A stretch of 64,000 nt of DNA from an uncultured bacterium (GTDB lineage: Bacteria; Chloroflexota; UBA5177; JANWHV01). The stretch spans positions 32,001 to 96,000 of the forward strand of contig CAWHAE010000015.1 of the NCBI GenBank assembly GCA_963827235.1. The letters run 5' to 3'. The position numbers were made by a program, and so were the translations under genes. The notes under the pieces are model-generated. The model did no database searches, was not told where the DNA came from, and saw only the letters and a list, made by a program, of their open reading frames with translations. Numbering within the stretch: position 1 is the first letter of the stretch; each line of letters starts with the position of its first letter. Below are positions 1-10,432 of this stretch, piece by piece.

Positions 1-927
1 AACCATTAGTCTGCGTACTGCGCAAACTCATGCGTAGATCGACACAAGCGCATTAAGCAGAGCCGATATGCTATCCGATTTCTCCAATATGGTGCCATAG
101 TGCCCTAATTGTAGGCCGTCTGGCCCTATCTACGGTGGCCAACCGCCTGCTACAGTGGTGCCCAGTCGGACCACGGCTTGCGACCAGGTTCCGACTTCGC
201 TGAGTTCTGGATACGGGGCATTGTGACACTGACGTAGGAGGTCTAGCGTACGTCACCGCCGGTGTGGACCGGCGAGGTGGGAGCAGTCGATGGGCAGGCG
301 ATCCCTGCCAGTGCGACGACCCGGCCTCTTGTGGTTGGCAATGAGCCTGACACTCGTGCCTAGTGCTGTCCGACGTACGCGCTCAACGGCCTCGAGCCAT
401 ACCAGGGTGATCCCGGCAGGCCCCCTAGCCTCAGGGCAGGAATCCCCCTCATCGCTCCTGCGCGCCGCCCATGGCCACAGGGGGGCACCGAGCCCCGGCA
501 ATACGCTGGCAATCCAGGAAGTGCCTGTTCTCGCCCAGCGCCATGCACTGCCGGCGAGTCATGCCACCACGACACGCACGATAGTCGTCACCATCGACGC
601 GTCTCCGATCGGCACGCCCCGACGCAACGTGAGCACCCTTGGGTGCGTTCAACACCCATATGTTTCGTCGGCTTCGCTAGCTGCGCGAGGAGGCCCAGGA
701 ACGCGCAGTGGGCGCCCGTCAGAAGCGGCCACTATGTAGCTGCGCAGTGCGACCCAGAGAGGAGGTCGAAAACGCGCCGCAGTTCTTTGGGGGACGCATC
801 TCGAGAGATCCCCTGGACTACACACACGACATTGTCAGGTAGGAGGTAGACCATGAGGGAAGGAGCAGGCTAGCGAATAGCGGGAAACACCACATCCCCT
901 GGAGGTGACTCCAGAAAGGAGCAGGTC

Positions 928-2802
928 ATGTCTCACCGCGGGATATCCTATACCTTCCGGCGCTTGATGATCTTGCTGCTCGTCGTCGGCATGACGGCGG
1001 AGAGCGCCACGGACGTCCACGCCGCCACACCGCCGGCTGCCACCGGGGTCTATGGCCAGCCCGACTTCGCGTCCAATACCGTGAACAACGGGGGCGTCAG
1101 CGCCACCAGCCTTTGGCAGCCTATCGGCGTGGTGCTCGACAGCAGCGGCAACGCCTATGTGGCGGATCAGCTTAATAACCGGGTACTGTACTACCCAGCA
1201 GGGAGCACCACAGCTACACGGGTCTATGGTCAGCCCGACTTCATCTCTAACGCTTATGACAACGGCGGGGTCAGCGCCACCAGCCTCGCCGAGCCAATGG
1301 GAGTGGCCCTCGACAGCGGCGGCAACCTCTACGTGGCCGATACGGACAACAACCGGGTGGTGTACTACCCGGCGAGCTGCTCGTCAACCCCGTTCAACTG
1401 TGCCGCTACCCGGGTCTACGGGCAGGCCGCTTTCTCCGGCTATGACCAGAACGAGGGGGGGCATCCCACCGCGCCCAGCCTCGTTCTTCCTGATGCACTG
1501 GCACTCGACAGCGGCGGCAACCTCTACGTGGCGGACTGGGCCAACAACCGGGTCGTGTATTATCCGGCGAGCTGCTCGTCCACCCAGTTCAACTGTGCTG
1601 CTACCCGGGTCTACGGGCAGGCCGACCTCACCACAAACAGCCCGAACACTGGGGGCATCAGCGCCACTAGCCTGGACAAACCCAATGGACTGGCCGTCGA
1701 CAGCACCGGCAACCTCTACGTGGCGGACTTTTCCAACAACCGGGTGCTGTACTACCCGGCGAGTTGCTCGTCCACCCCGTTCGACTGTGCCGCTACCCGC
1801 GTCTACGGTCAGATCGGCTTTGCTGAGAGCACTGGGGTTGTCAGCGCCACCAGCCTGTGGCTGCCCACTGAGGTGGCCGTCGACAGCAGCGGCGACCTCT
1901 ACGTGGCGGATTGGTATAACAGCCGGGTGCTGTACTATCCGGCGAGTTGCTCGTCCACGCCGTTCGCCTGTGCCGCTACCCGGGTCTACGGCCAGCCCGA
2001 CTTCACTTCCAGCGCTGCAAACAACGGAGGCATCAGCGCCACCAGCCTCGCTGAGCCCTGGGCAGTGGCGCTCGACAGTAGCGGCAACCTCTACGTGTCG
2101 GACTTTTCCAACAACCGGGTGCTCGCCTCTTTCAGAGAGGCGACCAGACAGGCGACCTCCCTGGCTTACACCGGTCCGACGCTCCTGGCTCAGAGTCAGT
2201 CTGCCCTCCTCACTGCTACGCTCCACGGCCAGAATCAGCCGGTGGCCATCGACGACACTGTGACTTTCGCACTCGACGGCCAGAGCTGCACGGCGACAGT
2301 TGGCGACAGCTCCGGAACGGTATCCTGTGCGATCATGGTGAACCAGGCACTCGGTCCGGGGCTCTCGGTACAGGTCAGCTTCGGCGGCGATCAGGACAGC
2401 GCGCCCTCGTCCACCAGCGTGCCGGTCATCGTGTACGGGACGCTGGCCAGCGGGTCCTTCGTGATCGGTGACCAGAGTGCAACGGTCGGCGCCAGCGTCA
2501 TGTTCTGGGGCGCTCAGTGGGCCAAGGTGAACGTCCTTTCCGGCGGCGCGGCGCCCTCCTCGTTCAAGGGTTTCGCGGCCAACGTGAGCGGGAGCCAATG
2601 GACCGCTGGTCCGGGCAACAGCTCCGGAGCGCCAAACAGCGTGCCCACGTATATGGCGGTGGTGGTGTCGTCCTCGGTTACCAAGTCTGGCAGCACCATT
2701 TCCGGCAATATCGTGCACGTGATGATTGTCAAGGTCAATCCCGGCTACGGTCCCGATCCCGGCAGCGCGGGAACCGGCACTAGCGTCGCGCAACTCTCGT
2801 AG
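928..2802 (+). CDS. Secreted NHL-repeat (beta-propeller) protein with Ig-like and C-terminal domains
   Basis: Signal peptide ending VHA. Six NHL repeats (P.GVALDSGGNLYVAD..NNRV.YY..ATRVYGQPDF). SD aaggag just upstream. Confidence 0.85.
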   Translation: MSHRGISYTFRRLMILLLVVGMTAESATDVHAATPPAATGVYGQPDFASNTVNNGGVSATSLWQPIGVVLDSSGNAYVADQLNNRVLYYPAGSTTATRVYGQPDFISNAYDNGGVSATSLAEPMGVALDSGGNLYVADTDNNRVVYYPASCSSTPFNCAATRVYGQAAFSGYDQNEGGHPTAPSLVLPDALALDSGGNLYVADWANNRVVYYPASCSSTQFNCAATRVYGQADLTTNSPNTGGISATSLDKPNGLAVDSTGNLYVADFSNNRVLYYPASCSSTPFDCAATRVYGQIGFAESTGVVSATSLWLPTEVAVDSSGDLYVADWYNSRVLYYPASCSSTPFACAATRVYGQPDFTSSAANNGGISATSLAEPWAVALDSSGNLYVSDFSNNRVLASFREATRQATSLAYTGPTLLAQSQSALLTATLHGQNQPVAIDDTVTFALDGQSCTATVGDSSGTVSCAIMVNQALGPGLSVQVSFGGDQDSAPSSTSVPVIVYGTLASGSFVIGDQSATVGASVMFWGAQWAKVNVLSGGAAPSSFKGFAANVSGSQWTAGPGNSSGAPNSVPTYMAVVVSSSVTKSGSTISGNIVHVMIVKVNPGYGPDPGSAGTGTSVAQLS

Positions 2803-2848
2803 CTCGCGGGGGGCGCTGCCTGCTACCGTCGGCAGAGCGCAACACCGC

Positions 2849-2884
2849 AAAAGAGGCCTCCGGCACTTGGCGCCGGAGGCCTCT
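2849..2884. terminator. Intrinsic terminator-like hairpin between convergent genes
   Basis: Perfect 13-bp stem agaggcctccggc/gccggaggcctct. The A-tract on the left gives a U-tail on the minus strand. Confidence 0.65.
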
Positions 2885-3267
2885 GTAGCCTAGGCGCGGC
2901 TGCCCGCACACGTATGGGGGGGGGTGTGCCCAGCGGCTCAAAGCTTTCCTGTACTCGACGAGTGTCTATGCGGGGAATCGCATGGCCATGCAGCAGCCGA
3001 TAGGTCGATTCCTCGCGCCTCCGCCTGTCCCCCGTGGCTGTCCGGGAGCCTGTAGTTGCTTCCGTGGCCAGGAGATGGGGTTTGGAAAGGTCCACCTGAT
3101 CTCGAGTAGCGCCGGCATCGGGAGAAGCCGCCCACTCTCCAAGGCCGGGTACCGTTCTGCATCTTGGCCACACACCGTTGGGAGCGGCATCTAGGTCGGC
3201 TCCTGTTCGCTGTGGCACGGCAGTGGCCGGATCGACGCGATCCGGAGGCTGCAGAAATCGTGCCCGC

Positions 3268-4320
3268 CTACGGCACCGCGGCACCGCGTGAGGCGTCGGC
3301 CCAGTGCAGCACGACCTTGCCCGCGTTTCCCTGCTCGGCCACGGCGAATGCTTCTTCGTAGTCGGCGTAGGGAAAGCGATGGGTGATCACGGGTGAGATG
3401 TCGAGACCGGACTGCAGCATGGAGGTCATCATGTACCAGGTCTCATACATCTCGCGCCCGTAGATACCCTTGATGGTCAGCATGTTGAATACGACGGTAT
3501 TCCAGTCGATGGCGATCTCGTCCTTTGGAATGCCGAGCATGGCGATACGGCCTCCGTGCGCCATGTTGGCGAGCATGTCGCGCAGGGCGGAGGGGCTGCC
3601 CGACATCTCCAGTCCAACGTCGAAGCCTTCCTGCATGCCCAGGGCGGCCTGGGCATCCTTGATCGTCTCGGTGCGGACGTCGAGGGCGCGAGTCACGCCC
3701 AGCCGGCGCGCCAGGTCCAGCCGGTACTGGTTGACGTCGGTGATCACCACGTGCCGGGCTCCGGCGTGGAGGACCACGGCGGCGGCCATGATGCCGATTG
3801 GTCCGGCGCCGGTAATCAGCACGTCTTCACCGAGCACGGAGTACGACAGCGCGGTGTGCACGGCATTGCCGAAGGGATCGAAGATAGCGGCGACGTCGAG
3901 ATCGATGCCGGGCGCGTGACGCCAGATATTGGTCATCGGCAGGGCGATGTATTCGGCGAAGGCGCCGGTGCGGTTCACGCCGATGCCTTCGGTGTGCGCG
4001 CACAGGTGGCGCCGGCCGGCCATGCAGTTGCGACAGCGCCCGCATACCACGTGACCCTCGCCGCTGACGATGTCGCCGGGGCTGAAATCGTTGACGTTGG
4101 ATCCGACCTCCACCACCTCGCCGACGAACTCATGCCCGATGGCCAGTGGGACGGACACAGATCGCTGTGCCCAGGCGTTCCAGTCGTAGATATGCAGATC
4201 GGTGCCGCAAATGCCGGTGCGAAGCACGCGAATGAGCAGATCGTTGATGCCGATAGTCGGCTCGGGCACATCCGCGAGCCACAAACCCTTCTCGGGCCTG
4301 CTCTTGACCAGTGCTTTCAT
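3268..4320 (-). CDS. tdh: L-threonine 3-dehydrogenase
   Basis: MKALVK start, [49 protein letters not shown]. True start at 4320; the ORF-track extension to 4917 is spurious. Confidence 0.95.
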   Translation of the reverse strand: MKALVKSRPEKGLWLADVPEPTIGINDLLIRVLRTGICGTDLHIYDWNAWAQRSVSVPLAIGHEFVGEVVEVGSNVNDFSPGDIVSGEGHVVCGRCRNCMAGRRHLCAHTEGIGVNRTGAFAEYIALPMTNIWRHAPGIDLDVAAIFDPFGNAVHTALSYSVLGEDVLITGAGPIGIMAAAVVLHAGARHVVITDVNQYRLDLARRLGVTRALDVRTETIKDAQAALGMQEGFDVGLEMSGSPSALRDMLANMAHGGRIAMLGIPKDEIAIDWNTVVFNMLTIKGIYGREMYETWYMMTSMLQSGLDISPVITHRFPYADYEEAFAVAEQGNAGKVVLHWADASRGAAVP

Positions 4321-4479
4321 AGCAAAGCCTCTCCCCTCGTGGGACAGCGCGCGGATATGCGGATATGTGGATCCGCACGGTCCTGTTCCTGAGTATAGCC
4401 CGGTCTCCCGCCGCGCCTCACCGGAATGGCGGTCTCGGAGTGCTGCGCTGTGCCCACCTCGCCAGGCACGAGCTTCTCG

Positions 4480-4950
4480 ACCGGGGAAGTTGATTTGCGT
4501 CAGGAACGTGCTACTGAATATCAGCAGGGCACCCACGTGCACCACATTCAGCTTCACACTTCCGGTGAGGCGTTCCCGGTGACTCTCGATGCGGAGAGTC
4601 TGCATCACGTGGTGGACAACGTGCTCGCCAATGCCATCAAGTACAGCCCTCTTGGGCGACATCATCCACTCGCAGTCGATCGCCTGGATGAGCCGTCCGG
4701 TGCGAAGGCCCGCCTGCGCGTGACCGACCAGGGGATCGGCATTCCCCACGCAGACGTACCGCGTGTTTGCGACCAATTCTTCCGTGCCTCGAATGTGGAT
4801 GGCCTGATAGCGGGCACGGGCATCGGTCTGGCAGCCGTGCGCCAGCTCGTCGAGCGCCGCGGCGGCACGCTGTCCATCGAGAGCGAGCTCGGCAAGGGTA
4901 GCGCGGTCACCATTCACCTGCCTCTCCGCCTAACGGCCATCGAGCAGGGG
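4480..4950 (+). pseudogene. Histidine-kinase HATPase_c fragment without HisKA or sensor domain
   Basis: N box ([11 protein letters not shown]), G1 (DQGIGI), F box (FFRA), G2 (GTGIGL). No phosphoacceptor His region and no good start. Boundaries approximate. Confidence 0.7.
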
Positions 4951-5155
4951 GCCGCCGCGAAGCTCTATCCAGGCAGCCGGGTCGTCGACGGAGTACAACG
5001 CGCCCGTTCATGCCGGGTGCAACCGCCCGACGGCGCGGCATCTTGTTGCCGGCCCGGCAGCCTTTCAACACCTCCGGGCGGCCGTGGTCCCCCATCCGCT
5101 GCCATGCGACCTCAATCGCGGGCCTTACGCGTCGCTCCTGCCAGCCTCGCCGCGG

Positions 5156-8100
5156 CTAGAGGCCCATTTCGTCAATTGGCCCGCTAACGCTGCCCTGCCA
5201 GGGAGCGGTGGTTACCCAGCGCTCGAGCTCGGCGGCCGGCACAGGGTGGCTCATGTGGAAGCCCTGCCCGATGTCGCAGCCCAGCTCGGCCAGCCGCCCC
5301 AGCGTTATCTCGTCTTCGATTCCTTCGGCTACCACGGCGAGGCCGAGGCTGTGACTCAAGTCGATGATCGAGTGCACGAGGGCCTCGTCGCGTCTGCCGG
5401 GCGCCATGGTCGAGACGAACGATCGGTCGATCTTGATCTCGTCTACCGGCAGCTGTTTGAGGAAGGCCAACGAGGAGAAGCCGGTTCCGAAGTCGTCGAT
5501 GGCAATATGCACGCCCGCTGCCGACAGGGTGGTCAGGACGTCCAGCGTGTGCTCGAGATCCGCCATCAGGGCGTTCTCGACGATCTCCAGGGTCAGGCAG
5601 TAGGGTGGGACTCCGTGCTCGCGTAACGCGGCGAACACCATGGTTGCCAGCTCCGGGCTCTGCAGTAGCCGCGCCGAGATGTTGACCGCCACCCTCAGTC
5701 CGAGGCCCTTCCGTCGCCACTCGGCACACTGGCGCACCGCGGTGTCGAGCACCCACCGTGTCAGGGGAATGCCTGCGCCGATGCGCTCGGCAAGGGGCAG
5801 AAACCGCGCCGGCGGGATGAAGCCATGGCGCGGATGGTGCCAGCGCAGCAGCGCCTCAACCGTGGCCACCTGCTTCGTGCCGAGGTCGATCAACGGCTGG
5901 TAGTAGAGATGGAGACCGCCGGTATTCAGGGCATGCATGAACTCCTGCGGCAGGGCCAGGTAGTCGGGGTTGTGCTCGTCGAGGACGATGTCGTAGAGGG
6001 CGTGGCCGCTTCCCGCGTGCTTCGCCGCGTACATTGCTACGTCCGCGTGAGCGACGAGGGTCGCGGCATCGTCTCCGTGCAGAGGATAGAGCGCGATGCC
6101 GATGCTGGCGGCCATCGTGGGGCAGTGCCCCTCGATCTCGATCGGCTTCTGCAGCGCTCTGCCGATCCGCGCCGCGATGTCGACCGCGGTTTGCTCGTTG
6201 GCATCCGGCAGAATGATCGCGAACTCGTCGCCGCCCAGGCGCGCAATCGTGTCCGGCGCACGCACGGCAGCACGCAGGCGCTCGGCGACCACTTTCAGGA
6301 CAAGGTCGCCGAAGCCATGGCCAAACGCATCGTTGACTTCCTTGAATCTGTCAAGGTCGAGCAAGCACATGGCGAGCGACGTCTGCTCGCGCCTGGCGAC
6401 GCGCAACGCTTGCTCGATGCGGTCACCGAACAGGGCGCGATTCGGCATGCCGGTGAGCACGTCGTGCATGGCCTGGTGCTGCAGCGCTTCCTCGATCTGC
6501 TTCCTCTCGGTGATGTCGCGGCTGTTGAGGATAATGCCCCTGATAGCGGGATCGGAGCTTCGATCGTTTGCCTTCACCTCGAGGATTCGCCAACTGCCGT
6601 CCGCGTGCTGCATGCGGACTTCGCCAACGACGAACGAGCCGCCGTAGCGCCCCGCGCCGGCGAGGGCGGCAGTGAGATGCTCCGCATCGTCGGGGTGCAG
6701 CCAGGCAGCCAGGTGCGTGCCCAGCAAGCGCTGCGCGGAGATGCCCAGGAGTGCCTCGTGTGACGGGCTGGCGTAGGTGACCGTCTCCTCGGCGCCGACG
6801 ATGAGCATCAGGTCGGTGGCATGCTCCACAAGCGCCCTGAAGTACTGCTCCCGCTGCTGCGCGGCCTGCCGCTGTTGATCGGCCAGGAGGCCAAGCGCCT
6901 CCCGCTCCAGGACGACGGTGAGCTGCGCCAGCCACTGTCGCAGCGAATCGTGTGCTTCGCGAAACTGGCCGCCGGCGGGAAAGACGACCGCGAGATATCC
7001 CCATTGCTTTTCCCGCGTGCCGAGCGGGAACACAGACACCGTCTGCGGCATGGATCGCTCCACGCATGCCTCGAGAAATTCTGCCGGCGGAAACGCCTGC
7101 ACGGCGACGCGCTTGCCAACCGCGGCGGCCGCGGCACCGTCGTCTCCCAGGACGGCGCGAATCTCCAGCCGGCGCTCTCCTCCCCTCGTGCCCTCTCGCC
7201 AGAGAGCAAGGCAACAGCGCCGGAGGGCCGCCAGGCGCGCCCATTCGAGATCGCCCGTACTGCCCGAGGAGCGAGCCAGTGCTACGCTCACGTCGTAGGC
7301 GCGGTGCATCGTGGTCTCGTGAGTCCGCCTGGCACGTGTGCCGGCGAACATGGCACTGCGCAGCACCGATAAGCGTGACTGCTCGAGGAACGCGGCCAGC
7401 CGGTCGGGCGCGCCTTCGTCCGCGATGTCGCCCTGCTCGAGACGGGCCTCGCCCGCCTGCTCAATGGTCAACAGCAGGGAATGCAGGGTGTCCGTGCTCG
7501 CGGTGGCCGTACAGCCCTGCCGCCATGCCTCGTCCAGGCGCGCCGTGTCCAGCGGCCCGGCGCCGCGCAGTGCGCCGTCGAACGCCTCCGCGATTGCGCC
7601 GACGCCTGGCCAGAGCTGTTCGGCAGACGTAAGCCTGTCCGGATGGCGCGGCCAGAGGAGCTGAGCGGCGAGTTGATCGGCGAGCCATGCCGGCCAATCC
7701 GTGCGCGGCATACCCTGCAGCCGGTCCCGCGCCATGCTGCCGTCACCCGCGCAGCCGCAGGAGCGGCGGCAGACGAACGTGGTCGGCACCAGCACGACGC
7801 CGCCCGAGGCCGACTCGCCGGCGAGCAGGGCGAGCAACTGTTCGGCGGCCGCGACTCCCAGGGCGCTGAACGTCTGCCGCACACTGGTGAGCGGGGGCGT
7901 GCTGTACTGTGCCAGGTCGATATCGTCGAATCCGATAATCGCCATGTCGTCGGGTACGCGACAGCCTGCTTTCTGCAGCACCTCCAGCGCGCCGATCGCG
8001 TTGGCATCGGTGGCAGCCAGGATCGCCGTGCAGGGCATTCCCGCGGCCAGCATGGCGGTCGCGGCCACCCGCCCGCCTTCTTCGATACAGTCGGAGGCCG

Positions 8101-8629
8101 CGAAGAAGAGCTCAGAATCGGGACTGATGCCGGCTCCGAGCAATGCCGCGCGGTAGCCTTCGTAGCGCTCGAGCGGATCCTCCTGCTCGAGCCAGCCCAT
8201 GAAGGCAATGCGCCGGTGGCCGTGGGCCAGCAGATGGCGGACCGCGGTGGCCGCACCTCCGCGGTTATCGGGCACGACGGACGGAAACAGGGGGACGGGA
8301 TTGTGGGCGCTCACGGTGACGATCGGCTTGCCCCCGGCTACCAGGGCCTGCAGCCCTTCCTCCGTCAGCGAATCCGCGATCACGATGAAGCCATCCATGT
8401 GATCCTGGGCGATCGGCAGCAAGGGGGCCGGGTTCATCCGGTCATAGGCCCACGGCTCGGCTTGCTGAACTGCAACCACTCCCGTGCCGCGCCGGGTAGC
8501 AACGGCGTCGATGCCGGCCATGACGTCGCCGTAGTAGAACCCGCCCACGAGCGAGGACAGCACGCCGATGGTCCGGCGGCGCGGATGAGCAGGCTGAGCC
8601 AAATTCCCACTTGTCGATACGGCACCCAT
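5156..8629 (-). CDS. LacI-type ligand-binding domain + PAS + GGDEF + EAL diguanylate cyclase/phosphodiesterase
   Basis: N-terminal HLLAHGHRRIAF and IIGFDDI..PPLTSVRQ (LacI sugar-binding fold, no HTH). PAS (LHPDD..DGSWR). RLGGDEF, VEALLRW and DDFGTGFSS intact. Start could be 8686. Confidence 0.9.
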   Translation of the reverse strand: MGAVSTSGNLAQPAHPRRRTIGVLSSLVGGFYYGDVMAGIDAVATRRGTGVVAVQQAEPWAYDRMNPAPLLPIAQDHMDGFIVIADSLTEEGLQALVAGGKPIVTVSAHNPVPLFPSVVPDNRGGAATAVRHLLAHGHRRIAFMGWLEQEDPLERYEGYRAALLGAGISPDSELFFAASDCIEEGGRVAATAMLAAGMPCTAILAATDANAIGALEVLQKAGCRVPDDMAIIGFDDIDLAQYSTPPLTSVRQTFSALGVAAAEQLLALLAGESASGGVVLVPTTFVCRRSCGCAGDGSMARDRLQGMPRTDWPAWLADQLAAQLLWPRHPDRLTSAEQLWPGVGAIAEAFDGALRGAGPLDTARLDEAWRQGCTATASTDTLHSLLLTIEQAGEARLEQGDIADEGAPDRLAAFLEQSRLSVLRSAMFAGTRARRTHETTMHRAYDVSVALARSSGSTGDLEWARLAALRRCCLALWREGTRGGERRLEIRAVLGDDGAAAAAVGKRVAVQAFPPAEFLEACVERSMPQTVSVFPLGTREKQWGYLAVVFPAGGQFREAHDSLRQWLAQLTVVLEREALGLLADQQRQAAQQREQYFRALVEHATDLMLIVGAEETVTYASPSHEALLGISAQRLLGTHLAAWLHPDDAEHLTAALAGAGRYGGSFVVGEVRMQHADGSWRILEVKANDRSSDPAIRGIILNSRDITERKQIEEALQHQAMHDVLTGMPNRALFGDRIEQALRVARREQTSLAMCLLDLDRFKEVNDAFGHGFGDLVLKVVAERLRAAVRAPDTIARLGGDEFAIILPDANEQTAVDIAARIGRALQKPIEIEGHCPTMAASIGIALYPLHGDDAATLVAHADVAMYAAKHAGSGHALYDIVLDEHNPDYLALPQEFMHALNTGGLHLYYQPLIDLGTKQVATVEALLRWHHPRHGFIPPARFLPLAERIGAGIPLTRWVLDTAVRQCAEWRRKGLGLRVAVNISARLLQSPELATMVFAALREHGVPPYCLTLEIVENALMADLEHTLDVLTTLSAAGVHIAIDDFGTGFSSLAFLKQLPVDEIKIDRSFVSTMAPGRRDEALVHSIIDLSHSLGLAVVAEGIEDEITLGRLAELGCDIGQGFHMSHPVPAAELERWVTTAPWQGSVSGPIDEMGL

Positions 8630-9112
8630 GAGGCGATGAGTTCCTTTCGACCGTCCGCGGACGCTTGCCGGCGGGACCTCTCTCACGCGGAAATGCAGTC
8701 CCGAGCTCGCACGGGACCGGTCGCACGACGAGCGCCGGCCGCGGCGTCACCGGGTAGCACCAGCATACTTCCTTCGCCGTCGCCGTGCACAACGTATCTG
8801 GACAGCCGGGCCGTCCAGGCGTCCCTGAAATCCGCTCCTGCCGGCCAATAGACGGGCCGGCGACGGCGCACCTGGATCCGGGACCGATCGGACATCTTGC
8901 CCGCTCCGTCCGCCGCCAGGAGGCCAGCGAGACGCTCGCGGTTCCGGTGTGTTTGCCAGCAGTGTCAAATCTGTGATCCGGCGCTTTGGTCCGCCGATCC
9001 CGGGATCACTCTTGCCTACCTCCGGACATGTCCGGCATAGCTGTCATCGTCGCGAGGCGACAGCCCGCTGCCTCACACTCTCCAGGCGTGCCCTCACGGG
9101 GTCGAGTGGCGG

Positions 9113-9556
9113 TCAGGAGGCGCGGCAGTCGCCGCAGTAGCCGAACAGGGTGATCGCGTGGCCCGTTATCTGGTACAGCGTCTGCTGCTCCAGCAGCGGA
9201 CCGAGGCGCGACAGCAGACAGCCATCCAGATCCTCGACGCGGCCGCAGCGCGTGCATACCAGGTGGTGATGGTGACGGGGCGAGCAGTAGACGTACTTGC
9301 TCTCGTGGTTGTCCTGCGGAAATCTTGTTGCCGCGCCCACTTCCACCAGGAGCTCGAGGGTGCGGTACACCGTCGCCTGCCCGATGGCCGGCTGCTCCTC
9401 GCGCAGGGCAAGATGCAGCTCGCGAGGCGTGACCGACGTTTGCTGACTCATCAGAGCGGCGAGAATGGCACGCCGCTGGGGCGTCGCCACGTGGTGCCGC
9501 TCCTCTATTCGGCGCATGACGTCGTCCTGCTCGGCTGCCGCGTGTTGCATACCCAT
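9113..9556 (-). CDS. Fur-family metal-responsive regulator (probably Zur)
   Basis: TPQRRAIL, ATVYRTLELL, HHHHLVCTRCG, C-terminal CGDC. Last gene of a metal ABC operon. Confidence 0.9.
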   Translation of the reverse strand: MGMQHAAAEQDDVMRRIEERHHVATPQRRAILAALMSQQTSVTPRELHLALREEQPAIGQATVYRTLELLVEVGAATRFPQDNHESKYVYCSPRHHHHLVCTRCGRVEDLDGCLLSRLGPLLEQQTLYQITGHAITLFGYCGDCRAS

Positions 9557-9559
9557 ACT

Positions 9560-10432
9560 TTACCTCGGGGCGATCCTCGCGTGTGTGCGTGCCACCGACA
9601 CCATGCTCCCGGCCGGCGTCCGTCGATTCCTGAGCCACGGCGCCAGCAGGCGGGCGGCGAAATATACCGCGCCCACGAGGGCCGAGATCAGAAAGCCGAC
9701 CGGCCAACCGGTATCGTAGGCGGCGACCATGCCTATCCAGACGGCCGACACGGCTATGCCGACCGCGGCCAACAGCGCCCGCCAAGGCGTGCTGGTCAAG
9801 TAGGTCGCGGCAGCGGCCGGCCCGATCATCAAGCTGAAGATCAGCAGCGTACCGACGGTCGGCACCGTAACGGCGGCGGCCACTCCTACCACGACGAGAA
9901 AGCCGACCCCAACCGCCATCGTGGGCACGCCTCGCGCCTGGGCCAGCTCGTAGTGGAGGGTGGTGAGCAACAGCGGCCGGTAGAGGGCGGCCAGCACGAG
10001 CAGGCAGCCGAGCGACAGCAGGGCGGTCTGCCAGACCATGTCGCGGCTGATGCCCACGATACTGCCGAACAGCAGGCTAAAGGCCGCGGAGGCGTAGGAG
10101 TTGTTGAGGCTGAGAAACAGCGCCCCGGCGCCCAGCGCCGCCACGAGGATGAGGGCCGTCGTCACGTCGCGTCCATGCTCGCGCGCGCCGAGCATGCCCA
10201 TGCTAACCGCGCCACCGACCGCGAATATCACCAGGCCCCAGATCGGCTCGATGCCCAGTAGCACTGCCCCGGCCGCCCCGGCGAAGCCAATCTGCGCCAG
10301 CGAGTGGGCCGCGAAGCTGAGCCCGCGCAGGACCACGAAGAAGCCGACCACGCCCGCCACCACGGCGACGATCGTGCCGGTAACCAGCGCGTTCTGCATG
10401 AAGGGCTGGCTGAACATCTCAGGATGCAGCAT
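9560..10432 (-). CDS. Metal (Zn/Mn) ABC transporter permease
   Basis: ABC-3 motifs GFFVVLRGLSFAAHSL, LLFGSI, AQARGVP; multiple TM helices. Confidence 0.9.
   Translation of the reverse strand: MLHPEMFSQPFMQNALVTGTIVAVVAGVVGFFVVLRGLSFAAHSLAQIGFAGAAGAVLLGIEPIWGLVIFAVGGAVSMGMLGAREHGRDVTTALILVAALGAGALFLSLNNSYASAAFSLLFGSIVGISRDMVWQTALLSLGCLLVLAALYRPLLLTTLHYELAQARGVPTMAVGVGFLVVVGVAAAVTVPTVGTLLIFSLMIGPAAAATYLTSTPWRALLAAVGIAVSAVWIGMVAAYDTGWPVGFLISALVGAVYFAARLLAPWLRNRRTPAGSMVSVARTHARIAPR

Noticed and set aside
1-840. Short ORFs and an IS200/IS605-end-like gaatcccc motif near 440
   Set aside because: No transposase or TnpB similarity, no convincing terminal hairpin, and the ORFs lack recognisable motifs or codon bias.
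1036-2130. Regularly spaced DNA repeats resembling an array
   Set aside because: They are coding NHL repeats inside one ORF, with no unique spacers or cas genes, so not CRISPR.
3268-4320. tdh without an adjacent kbl
   Set aside because: The two genes are often unlinked, and kbl may lie elsewhere in the genome.
4321-4917. Apparent 200-aa N-terminal extension of Tdh in the ORF track
   Set aside because: It is the antisense read of the HATPase fragment; the real start is the ATG at 4320 with its own SD.
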